Source: Octopus vulgaris (taxonomy: Eukaryota). Taken from it: 64,000 bases of DNA. The notes under the pieces are model-generated. The model ran no database searches and was not told where the DNA came from. It saw only the letters and a program-made list of their open reading frames with translations. Made by a program: the position numbers and the translations under genes. Where the stretch lies: positions 168,082,001-168,146,000 of the forward strand of contig OX597816.1 in assembly GCA_951406725.2 (NCBI GenBank), read 5' to 3'. This document shows, piece by piece, positions 36,663 to 48,130 of this stretch; the first letter of the stretch is position 1; each line of letters opens with the position of its first letter.

Positions 36663-37088
36663 GGCGCAGGAGTGGCTGTGTGGTAAGTAGCTTGCTAACC
36701 AACCACATGGTTCCGGGTTCAGTCCCACTGCATGGCATCTTGGGCAAGTGTCTTCTGTTATAGCCCCAGGCCAACCAAAGCCTTGTGAGTGGATTTGGTA
36801 GACGGAAACTGAAAGAAGCCTGTCGTATATATGTATATATATATATATATATATATGTATATGTGTGTGTGTGTGTGTTTGTGTGTCTGTGTTTGTGCCC
36901 CTAGCATTGCTTGACAATCGATGCTGGTGTGTTTACGTCCCCGTCACTTAGCAGTTCGGCAAAAGAGACCGATAGAATAAGTACTGGGCTTACAAAGAAT
37001 AAGTCCCGGGGTCAATTTGCTTGACTAAAGGCGGTGCTCCAGCATGGCCGCAGTCAAATGACTGAAACAATTAAAAGAGTAAAAGAGT
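36662..37088 (+). mobile_element. SINE family A
   Basis: Full-length match to the family. Confidence 0.9.
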
Positions 37089-37292
37089 ATATATAAGTAT
37101 ATATAAAATATATATATACATAGTAGCTGCTTTCTCATATACAAGCAAAGAAATTGCAAGAAAGAATAACTGAAATGAGTCATTGATGATGCAATGTGAG
37201 GCCCTTGTATGACTCTTGAACCCAGCCAAAGATTTGGATATTCAATTTCATAATGCACAGTATGAAGTCTTTTCAATCCTCCAATTGAAAGG

Positions 37293-38160
37293 CATACATA
37301 CATACACACATACATGCATACATACATACATACATACATACATACATACATACATACATAAATACATACATACATACATACATACATACATGCATACATA
37401 CATACATACATGCATACATGCATACATACATACATACATGCATACATACATGCATACATACATACATACATGCATACATACATGCATACATACATACATA
37501 CATACATACATACATACATACATACATACATACATACATACATACATACATACATGCATACATACATATACACATACATACATACATACATACATACATA
37601 CATACATGCATACATACATACATACATACATACATGCATACATACATACATGCATACATGCATACATACTTACATACATAAATACATGCATACATACATA
37701 CATGCATACATATACACATATATACATACATACATACATACATACATACATACATACATACATACATACATACATACATACATTACACACACATACATAC
37801 ATGCATACATACATACATACATATATGCATACATACATACATACATACATACATACATGCATGCATGCATGCATACATACATACATACATACATACATAC
37901 ATAAATACATACATACATACATACATACATACATACATACATACATACATACATACATACATACATACATACATACATGCATACATGCATACATACTTAC
38001 ATACATAAATACATGCATACATACATACATGCATACATATACACATACATACATACATACATACATACATACATACATACATACATTACACACACATACA
38101 TACATGCATACATACATACATACATACATATATGCATGCATGCATACATACATACATACA
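37293..38160. repeat. (TACA)n microsatellite array, about 870 bp
   Basis: Direct reading; source of the HTYI/MYVC pseudo-ORFs. Confidence 0.95.
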
Positions 38161-38378
38161 TCGAATCTTTCATGTGTTAACATGTACCTCCCTACAACAA
38201 TGTAAGCTTTCATTTAGTCAAGATACCCTTGGCCTAACAAGTAGCCTATGGTATACACCTTGCTTGGATATTTACCTCTTCCAAGGTTCTGCTTGCTATT
38301 TAACATATGTAGCCCGACGCCATTCCTTAACTCATGTATGCATATACATATGTATGTGTATGTGTGTGTATGTATATG

Positions 38379-38420
<42 letters not shown>

Positions 38421-38422
38421 TA

Positions 38423-38535
38423 TATCTGAAGTCAATTCCAACAGAATTAAGTTTATGTCAAGTAACTCTAAAATAAAAGATTCTATATACCAGTGTATAA
38501 TCAGTACTCGTAATAAAGTACGATTTTACATTGGA
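38423..38535 (+). mobile_element. Short Penelope GIY-YIG fragment
   Basis: Nearly identical to 28870-28982. Confidence 0.8.
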
Positions 38536-38723
38536 GAACCATCAAATGCAAGTGCACCATCATTCATGCAGACATTTCTCTCCTATGACATCACAATTTT
38601 CTCTCACACACTGTCTTGCAATCTGAAATGCTTAAGTCTTAAGTCGTCACATTGCTGAACATAAGCAAATGTCTTCTTTTCTGCTTCTTCCCTGTCTAGA
38701 TATACATGTCTCCTAGCTTCCTT

Positions 38724-38938
38724 TCATCATCATCATCATCATCATTTAGCGTCCGCTTTCCATGCTAGCATGGGTTGGACGGTTCAACTGGGGTCTGTGA
38801 AGCCAGAAGGCTGCATCAGGCCCAGTCTGATCTGGCAGTGTTTCTACAGCTGGATGCCCTTCCTAACGCCAACCACTCCGTGAGTGTAGTGGGTGCTTTT
38901 TACATGCCACCCGCGCAGGAGCCAGACAGAGCTGGCAA
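38724..38938 (-). mobile_element. RTE 3'UTR-derived repeat (family D)
   Basis: (CAT)n plus family D terminus. Confidence 0.85.
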
Positions 38939-40187
38939 TAGTTCCCTGCTACCCCAAATCTTCCAGGTCTTTCAGGGCTGTTTCTTTGCTCTAATGAACT
39001 TGTCTACAGCATTATTCCACCACCACGTCACCCTAGGTCTGGATGGGATTTTGCACCAGCTGCAGATTAGGGTCTGTGGCACTCAGCAAGCTGTCCCGCA
39101 GGAATTCCCAGTTGCTCTCTATGTTACAAGTCTATAGTTCCTTCTCTTTCTCATCAAATTTCTCAATTAGGATGTCCCTAAATTTATAACCATATGAGGG
39201 CTCCTTAAGTTTCTTCTATTGATATTAATGCGAAAAAATTTCTGATTTCTTGTAAAACAGCAGGATGTTTTGTTAGAGAGCTTTTGATCATATATTTTCT
39301 CAACCAAGACTGTCTTGGAGTTACATGTATTAGTGATCTTTGAGATGAAATTTTCTCATGCATCTTCATTTGTAAAATCCTGGATATACCAAACTGTCAA
39401 ATGATTGTCTTGAAAAATTTCTGTTTCAGATTATATAATACAAAATACTCAAGACATTTTTATTTGATAAATAATTTTGACACATTTTCATTAAGTGCTT
39501 ACGTTTTTTATACTTGAATTTTTATAAATCTATACACACTATTTTGGACAAGTTGCAAATTTTCATTTCAGCAAGACGGTTTATTATAAACTAAGTGATA
39601 AAATGAGCAGAAGAACAAGAAATGTACAGAATCATATTACAGCATGACAAACCTTGACACTGTTATTGGTAATATCGATTTTCTCAAATTGTATTTTGAG
39701 TCTCATGCACAGACACAGATACCCATATGCACATTACATTACACATGACATTACACAAAATTTTGAGAAATCAAGCACTGATGTTACAGGAAATGAAACT
39801 GTCAACAACAAAGATAATGTTTTATAAATAAAAGGACTGTATTGGAAAACATATTAATACTTAATCAGGTGTTATCTCTAAAAGATTTCCATCTGTGGCT
39901 AATCAATAAGATTGTTTTCTTATATAGCTACAAAGCTAATTAAGAATTTGTTAGATTGAATATACTCAGATATACCTGTTTTGTCAATTTTAGAAGGATT
40001 TTGCCTCAAAATGTAAAAGGCTCAAATTAAGAATCTTAATCAATTCTACTGTTTCTGGTTACTGAGTCAATGAAAGAATTACTACATTGTCCCTAAACCA
40101 TTATGGGAAAATCTACATTACCTGCTAAGCAGTAATGGGGCTTTTATGAGGCTTCCAAATCAATCCTTGCTAGTTTGGAGACCTTAA

Positions 40188-40407
40188 CCCTTTCGTTACC
40201 AACCCGGCTGAAACCGGCTCTGACTCTGAGTACAAATGTCTTGTTTTCATAAGTTTTGAATTAAAATCTTCCACCAAACCTTAGTTACAATTTATGTTCC
40301 TAACACTAGCTGAATGATAACTAAGTTATTTTAATAAATACTTTGTTATATTTAAAGTCACTGAAAGAAACACAGAGCATCTCAAAATAAATACAGTAAC
40401 AAAAGGG
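40188..40407. mobile_element. piggyBac-type MITE (220 bp)
   Basis: TTAA TSDs, TIR CCCTTTCGTTAC. Confidence 0.9.
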
Positions 40408-41196
40408 TTAAAGAAGCTCTCCAAGTCACTAAGTTAACAAATGAGCCTGTAGATGGTTCTGTCTTATAACAGAAATAATAGTCAAGTCTACATCAAATCA
40501 CACCCTACTATCCCAAAGAATACTTACTGCTCTTCCTATCCCTAAAAAGATAGAAGGATTAAAACTGATTTCATTTAACCAGGAGCTTCATTTGTATAAA
40601 ATTTTGCTTATTGTACTCATACTTAATTTCTAACTTTGGTGAACATAACATATTTGAAGGAAAAAAGGGTAGCCAATTGAATAATCTTGGTAAACTATTT
40701 GTACTGGTGGAAGTTTATAGTGCTAGGCTTTTTGTCCTGTTCTCCACCATTCTGTGATTCCATGATTTTACAGATTTGCTCATCCAGCAAAATTTAGCAA
40801 ACAGATCACCCTCAAACTATATCATGCTATCTCTCAACTACTTTTCTATTAATCCTATTAATGAAGTTGCTTTGTTGGCAAAAACAGCAGACTGCCACTT
40901 CATTTACATTACATGATCTAAATCTGCTTCACTTGTTCTAAGCTCAAAGCCAAGAGTGTCTTGTTTTTCATCCTTCAGAAAAATCAGTAACATAATCAAA
41001 CAATCGTAAATTTAGCCTTTCAGTGTTGTAATTTAGTTTACCAGTTATGTTCTGTGTTCTAGTTGACATAATTCTGAACAGCATTCAAGGAACAGAGATT
41101 AATTTAAAGGGGATAAAAGCCAAAGTAGTTGAGGTTATATTTCCTGGACAATTAACAGTGTAGATATTGGAGATTAACAGGTAGTGCTGGCAGAAA

Positions 41197-41428
41197 GGTG
41201 GCGAGCTGGCAGAAACATTAGCATGCTGGGCGAAATGCATAGCCGTATTTCGGCTGCCGTTATGTTCTGAGTTCAAATTCCGCCGAGGTTGACTTTGCCT
41301 TTCATCCTTTTGGGGTCGATAAATTAAGTACCAGTTATGCACTGGGGTTGATGTAATCGACTTAATCCGTTTGTCTGTCCTTGTTTGTCCCCTCTGTGTT
41401 TAGCCCCTTGTGGGTAGTAAAGAAATAG
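41197..41428 (+). mobile_element. SINE family C
   Basis: Match to 17558-17788. AGGTAGTGCT occurs near both flanks as a possible TSD. Confidence 0.85.
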
Positions 41429-42949
41429 GTAGTGCTAACAACATTATTAGGTGGACAAGGTTAGAGAACATTCTGAGCAGTTAAATTATCAAAAAGTAAA
41501 GTGATAGTGATGTTAACGTCATGAAGGCAGACCCTTGTTTCTAATTTTCTATATTGAAGGAGAAGCTCACGGGGTAAACTACAAAGAGTTAAGGACTATT
41601 TTTGTAAAGACAAGAATATAGTCAAGTGCAGATATACTATTTAAAGCAATCTAAGTAGATCGAATGGCAATGTCTGTTCAAGTGGAATTTAAGCCCAACA
41701 TGGTGAGATATCAAGTGAGAGAGAATAAACAACTATTTTGGTGTTAATTACTTGTCTTTACTGAATGACTTGATGACTCAGTAATGATTTGATTTCATTC
41801 AAATACTTCAGTTACGACAACACTGTTGCCCTTAACATTATGAAATCCTTTAACTGTGTCTAACATGCGAACTTCCAAGTTTTGCTACCTGCTTGTGAAC
41901 TCCACCCCATTATCTCTCTTTTCTTGGACTGGAAGCTTCCTTTTAGATGGGACTATTGCAACATAAGCATGCAAGGTTCTCTCTAGTCAATGCTCTTTCT
42001 TTTGTACAATAACAACTTGTTTGATGTCTCTTCTAACAATGCAGAATGTAATGGTCCACATGCAACCCAGACATCACCTCCAAACCTAAACTGTTTCCAT
42101 AAATAGAGGTCTAAAAAAATCTTCTTATGAGGACATAACAATGCAATCGCTTTTAACAGCACAAAGATACAATCATTTCTCATACGAAAGAAGCAGTACC
42201 TCATTTTCTTTAGTCTTTAACAACATGCAACTGAAACCCTAAAGGTTGCTGCAAACTCTGGACCTCATAATTACTTATGATCTTTCCCATAAATCCCAAT
42301 GTATAACATTACTAAAACTGCATCCATAACACTAGACTGTGTTTTTAGGGACATAAAATGCTTCAACTCCAATTAATTACTGACTCTATACAAAACTGAA
42401 ATAAGACCCATAATGCACCACTGCTTCCATATCTGGAACACTGCTGCTGCTACACAATCTAGATTGCATTCAAAAGAAGGCTGTCCCACTGAGTCACATC
42501 ACTCTCTTATGTAACATGCTATAACCTTTGCCTCACAGACATACTATCTCCTCTCTGCCTTATCTAAACTAGATAGTTGCATATTACTGCCATCCAACAC
42601 AGCTGTCTCTATTGCATTCCTTTCATTACTCCTGCTGTATCTTATCCTTGGGATCTGCATTAAACACTTTGCTGAATCCTCCCTTCAACCTCCTAGAATT
42701 CTCATCCTATTCTTGCTTTTCTTGTAGTGCTAACTTACAGAGGTTCAAACTGAAGAATAATTCTATTGATCTCACCAATCTCAAATGGTCTGTGAGGTAC
42801 ATGAGAAATCTACCTGTTTCTCTTGACTAATCCATTAGAAAACATGCATAACAACACTGACAAGTGTAAATTCAGAGTCATAGAGTGGCTAGCAGCAAGC
42901 CCAACTTCTTTATAGCTGCATCGGTATTCCACTATAGAATGATATACTA

Positions 42950-43344
42950 CTAGCAGTATCGCCCGGCATTGCTCGGGTTTGTAAGGGAAATAACTATATA
43001 AGCATTTTTAGAGATGTAAAGTATAATAGCCATCTCATTATGGCTAACCACAAAGGTGGGGTGTTACTGTAGCTTTTTACGTTCTGAGATTTAATAATAA
43101 ATTTTTAGAGAGTTACTACCCTTATATATGCCAAAAATGCATTAAAAATGGGAAAAATTGATGGTAAATTTTTTTAAAATTGTAGACTCATCGTTGACGC
43201 GCGCTAATACCCAGAAGAGCTCGATATGAATCACGACTATAAGATACCCGGTTTTGGTTAAACTGCACCGCAAAATGTGGGAGTAGTTAGGAATGTAAAT
43301 CGTAGGAGACAGACAGCACACAACCTCACTTTTATATATAAAGA
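42950..43344 (-). mobile_element. Complete non-autonomous Helitron
   Basis: Minus strand: A|TCTTTATATATAAAAG...CCCGAGCAATGCCGGG hairpin...CTAG|T. Confidence 0.85.
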
Positions 43345-43411
43345 TTATTCACAACAAATATGTTTAATGTTATCAAACTAGAAATAAAATAATTCACACA
43401 AGTATACTTAC

Positions 43412-43488
43412 GGGCTGTTGAATCCTTTATAATCACCCTTTTCAAACGTCCTTTCAAAGAAGCATCTCTGTTGGATGTCTTGATTGAA
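43412..43488 (-). CDS. Slo2: Slo2/KCNT-like K+ channel, coding exon A (77 bp, phase 2 to 1), SIKTSNRDASLKGRLKRVIIKDSTA
   Basis: Acceptor ttataatttcAG and donor GTaagt. The peptide aligns by eye with the KCNT pre-S1 motif (ENTFKERLKLFFIKNQRSS, recalled) and joins the next exon in frame. Confidence 0.75.
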
Positions 43489-43769
43489 CTGAAATTATAA
43501 ATATATATTTTAAGAAATCAAATGAGTGAATAAATCTGATATTACTTACAGCTGTTATTGTTGTAGTTTCCAGAGGTTGTAATTCTGTAGGAAATAGAAA
43601 ACACAAAGTATATACTTGCTGTTGAAGTAATGGTTTTATTGCACCGGAATTAAGAACCAAGAATATTGGTTCCATAAGTATTTTCTTGAACATGTAATAA
43701 TAATGTTGGTGTTATGACTTTACAAATAATTTCCTTTGGATTGAGATGAGGTGAAATTTTTGAGTTGAA

Positions 43770-43965
43770 AAAAAAAATTGATGGTAAATTTTTTTTTAAA
43801 TCGTAGACTCATCATAGACGCATGCTAATACCCAGAAGGGCTCGATGTGAATCACAACTATAAGATACCCGGTTTTGGTTAAACTGCACCGCAAAATGTG
43901 GGAGTAGTTAGGAATCTAAATCGTAGGAGACAGACAGCACACAACCTCACTTTTATATATAAAGA
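43770..43965 (-). mobile_element. 5' part of the same Helitron family
   Basis: Near-identical to about 43150-43344 and retains the 5' TC end. Confidence 0.85.
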
Positions 43966-44179
43966 TTTTCTCCCTGATAACAAACTACAGGTTTTTTTCT
44001 GTAGTAGTTTACTTGAAGACACACGTGGATGGGCAGGGGAAGGTAAATGAACCTCATTCATATTTTGAATTCGGCGGTACTAACACTGAATATGATCTGT
44101 CTGATACCATGGAGAGATAAGTTCAATTATTCCAGTACCTTCGAATTTAATATTTCAATATTTAATTATTGCTGGAGTG

Positions 44180-44260
44180 CCATGCTGATGAGGAAAATGG
44201 TTGGTAAAGTATAATTCTATATTCTTTATTCCAATCTAATTCTGAAACGCGTGTACATGG
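44180..44260 (+). ncRNA. Type I hammerhead ribozyme motif with extended stem II
   Basis: CCATG CTGATGA GGAA..TTGG.TAAAG..CTTTA..CCAA..TTCT GAAAC gcgt GTA CATGG; all core nucleotides are intact. Confidence 0.8.
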
Positions 44261-44454
44261 GTGACCAGATATTGATTGATTTTCGTTACTTTTCCTCTCT
44301 GCCTGTGTGTATTGTTTTCAAGTATTTTGGTTTCTCTGGGAGTCCCTTTTAAAGTAGAAGAAATAGCTAAGGTTTTTGGCTGCTATTTCTAAACTTCGGT
44401 ATGTGGTAAAGCAAGTCTTTGCTGAACCCTAATTATTAAGTATATATATATATA

Positions 44455-44650
44455 TCATCATCATCATCATCATCATCATCGTTTAACGTCCGTTCTCCAT
44501 GCTAGCATGGGTTGGACGGTTCGACCGGGGATCTGGGAAGCAAGAAGGCTGCACCAGGCTCCAGTCTTATCTAGCAATGTTTCTACAGCTGGATGCCCTT
44601 CCTAACGCCAACCACTCCGTGAGTGTAGTGGGTGCTTTTTACATGCCACA
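44455..44650 (-). mobile_element. RTE 3'UTR-derived repeat (family D)
   Basis: (CAT)n plus family D terminus. Confidence 0.85.
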
Positions 44651-45333
44651 CACACACATATATATATATATTGAGAGAGAGAGAGAGAGAGAGAGAGCAT
44701 AATGTGAAACATATGGAGACTTGGGTTCATAACTTATATCCTATGAAAACTGACGTAGAAATTAGACTTTGTACAAAAGATAATGGGAAATATGATGTGG
44801 GTAAAAGTTTAGAATTCAGAAAGCCAACACAATATATGGAAAGAGAATTGCAAATAAGAGAACTTTCAATCTGGTACTCTATTTAGAGTAAAGTTGCTTT
44901 TGATAGCATTCCTGGTTATGTTACTAGATGTCTTGTATGAATTAATTAAAGGATATACTTCAGGCAGTTCAAAAAAAAATAATCACAGACAAGTAGGCAG
45001 ATCTTTCCTTTTAATTCATAAAAGTTAATTTCAGCTCTTTTCCAATGTTACTCGGTAGTAGCTCCCCTTAGCACTGATCAAAGCTTGCTGTTTATATTTC
45101 AGTTCTGTACCATACCTTCTATCAAGTTGCTTCTGGGCCACCAGGATCATGTGCAGGTAAGAGTATAGCAGTTAAGATGCTCTGGAGTCTTTCACGAAGA
45201 CAATTATTGTAACTCAAATGTACATCATTAAATAAAAACATATTATCCATTACAATTGCAGCGTGAAAGGTGTTTGTAAGCCATTTAAGAAACACACAAA
45301 AGCCGTTCGATTCACTTCAACATTTAAGTTTAA

Positions 45334-45383
45334 TTTGTCAAAATATTTTCGTCGCTAAAATCCGCGACCTGTTCACTGACAAA
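45334..45383 (-). ncRNA. Minimal type I hammerhead variant with G3-C8 core
   Basis: Minus strand: TTTGTCA GTGAACA G GTCGC-ggatttta-GCGAC GAAA ATAT TT TGACAAA. Confidence 0.7.
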
Positions 45384-47034
45384 AATCCGTGCTGCATCTT
45401 GATCTCAGATCAAATCACTTGCTATGCGAGTACATCTCCATATTATCCATTACTACCTATAAAGTGGCCAATCTTTCTAGCAGTAGTGATAAACTACACC
45501 AGCTTCCTATGCATCACCAACTTCTGATAAGTTTTCTCCTGAATCTCATATAATATCAATTGTTTTCTAGTGAAATTAATTATGTCACCAATGAAATGAG
45601 CACATATGCTGTCATCTGGTGCTCAGTTTAGGCAAGCATTTCATTAATTTACATGCAAAATGAAAGAAGCATCAGAAGTCAAAAATATTTTGAGAGGTGG
45701 GTATGGACTGATTTCTTTCGATGTGCCATGCTCTACCATTGGTAAGTTCAAAGTAAACATTTTTTCTAAGAATTTTGTATTTCTTCTTTGATAGTTTCTT
45801 ACTTTTGAAAATATTACAATATAAATGGCGGTGCCCCAGCATGGCCACAGCTCTTGAGCTGAAACTAGATAAAATAAAAATAAATAATAATTAAAATATT
45901 TAATCATTTCTGTGCTCATTAATCTTTGTTCTGTGCGGCTTCATAAGTATTAATTAATATAAGGTGGAGACACATGGCTTAACGGTTAGGGTGTTATGCT
46001 CATGATTGCAAGATTGTGATTTTGATTCCAGGACTGAATGATGCATTGGGTTTTTGAGCTAAACACTTCATTTCATATTACTCAGTTCCACTCAGCTGAC
46101 AAGAATAAATAATCCTGTGATAGACAGGCATCCTATTAGTGGGTAGGGGATATATATGCCACAGAACCTGGGAAACTGGCCTTATGAGCCTATGACTCAG
46201 AAAGGACCTTTGATACTTATTTTTTTCTCTGTATTGATATAAGGGAGCTGAATTGAATTTAAATGAAGAAGTACAAGTGTTAGTTAATTAAATGACAATA
46301 TAGAGAATTAAAACAGATATGTAAGTAAAATTACTGAAAGGTAATTTGTTATGAATGCTTAACTGAAATTTTGATTTGAATAATACATAGAATGACATAC
46401 ATCATATTTCAGGATAGACTGTAAGTAGCAAAGTGCAAACAATTTTTACTTCATATTTGTTGGTCTTGTAGCTCACTTGGTAATGATAAACATGATTGTA
46501 TAATTTGGTGAATAACGTACTTGAAGATAAATCATCAATACACTTGTAGATGAGTAACTATTTTCCGCTGAGAAGTTTACTGCACAGGTAGATAGCTTTA
46601 TTATAACACTTCTCTTCATAATAGTCCTTGAACCCATTCCAAAGTAAATCTGGACTGAAAAAGAATTTCTCTCTCAGGAATCCTAAGATAATTATTGTGA
46701 GAATGAGTTCAACTTAAGCATTCTTAATGTAGGTAGCCTTAATGTGACCCATTCAAATGCTCAACAATAAAATGAAGCAGTAGAATAGTAATGTTAGTAC
46801 ACAAGGAAATGGTTGATATTGTGTAGAGAGAGAGAGCAATCAATAGGTGACATCAGTTAGTCATGCAGACTATAGGAAGTGTATAATGGAGGAGGGGGAG
46901 GATGAAGAACGTTTTCTAAAATGTTTATGAAGTCCATAGTTGACGCAGATGTGGTATAGTTAGATATTAGATTATAAAGAATGCAATAGCAAATTGACTA
47001 GGATGAAATCCACTTTGTTAACAACAGAAAGGAC

Positions 47035-48130
47035 ATCATCATCATCGTTTAACGTCCGCTTTTCATGCTAGCATGGGTTGGATGGTTTGACTGTGGGCTG
47101 GCGAACCAGATGGCTGCACCAAGCTCCAGTCTTGATCTGGCAGAGTTTCTACGTCTGGATGCCCTTCCTAATGCCAACCACTCCGAGAGCGTATTGGGTG
47201 CTTTTACGTACCACTGGCACGGGGGCCAGTCAGGCAGTACTGGTGACAACCTCGCTTGAATTTTTTTGGCCAGACAGGTGGTACTGGCAACGACCTCACT
47301 CGAATTTTTACATATGGGCCAGTTAGGCAGTACTGGTGACAACCTCGCTTGAATTTTTTTGGCCAGACAGGTGGTACTGGCAACGACCTCACTTGAATTT
47401 TTACATATGGGCCAGTCAGGCAGTACTGGTGACAACCTCGCTTGAATTTTTTGGCCAGACAGGTGGTACTGGCAACGACCTCACTCGAATTTTTACATAT
47501 GGGCCAGTCAGGCAGTACTGGTGACAACCTCGCTTGAATTTTTTTGGCCAGTCAGGCGGTACTGGCAACGACCTCACTCGAATTTTTACATATGGGCCAG
47601 TCAGGCAGTACTGGTGACAACCTCGCTTGAATTTTTTTGGCCAGACAGGTGGTACTGGCAACGACCTCACTCGAATTTTTACATATGGGCCAGTCAGGCA
47701 GTACTGGTGACAACCTCGCTTGAATTTTTTTGGCCAGACAGGTGGTACTGGCAACGACCTCACTCGAATTTTTACATATGGGCCAGTCAGGCAGTACTGG
47801 TGACAACCTCGCTGGTGACAACCTCGTTGAATTTTTTTGGCCAGACAGGTGGTACTGGCAACGACCTCACTCGAATTTTTACATATGGGCCAGTCAGGCA
47901 GTACTGGTGACAACCTCGCTTGAATTTTTTTGGCCAGACAGGTGGTACTGGCAACGACCTCACTCGAATTTTTTACACATGCCAACGGCACAGGTGCCGG
48001 TAAGGCTATGCTGGTAACAATCCTGCTCGAATGGTGCCTCCTACATGCCACCAGCACGGGAGCCAGTTAGCCGCTCTGGCAACGATCACGCTCAGATGGT
48101 GCTCTTAGCACCCTACTAGCACGGGGCACA
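47035..48130 (-). mobile_element. RTE 3'UTR-derived repeat (family D) containing a 93-bp minisatellite
   Basis: (CAT)n at 47035 and family D body on both sides of the array. Confidence 0.85.
47223..47978. repeat. Tandem array, 8 copies of an about 93-bp dimeric unit
   Basis: Units start at about 47223, 47316, 47409, 47501, 47594, 47687, 47780 and 47887. Confidence 0.92.

Noticed and set aside
46521-46654. Candidate upstream channel exon with good AG/GT sites
   Set aside because: It has multiple stops and no ATG in the frame needed to join exon A.
47223-47978. CRISPR-like array or repetitive protein ORFs
   Set aside because: Units are wholly repeated with no unique spacers, there are no cas genes, and the context is eukaryotic. 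The ORFs arise because 93 is divisible by 3.
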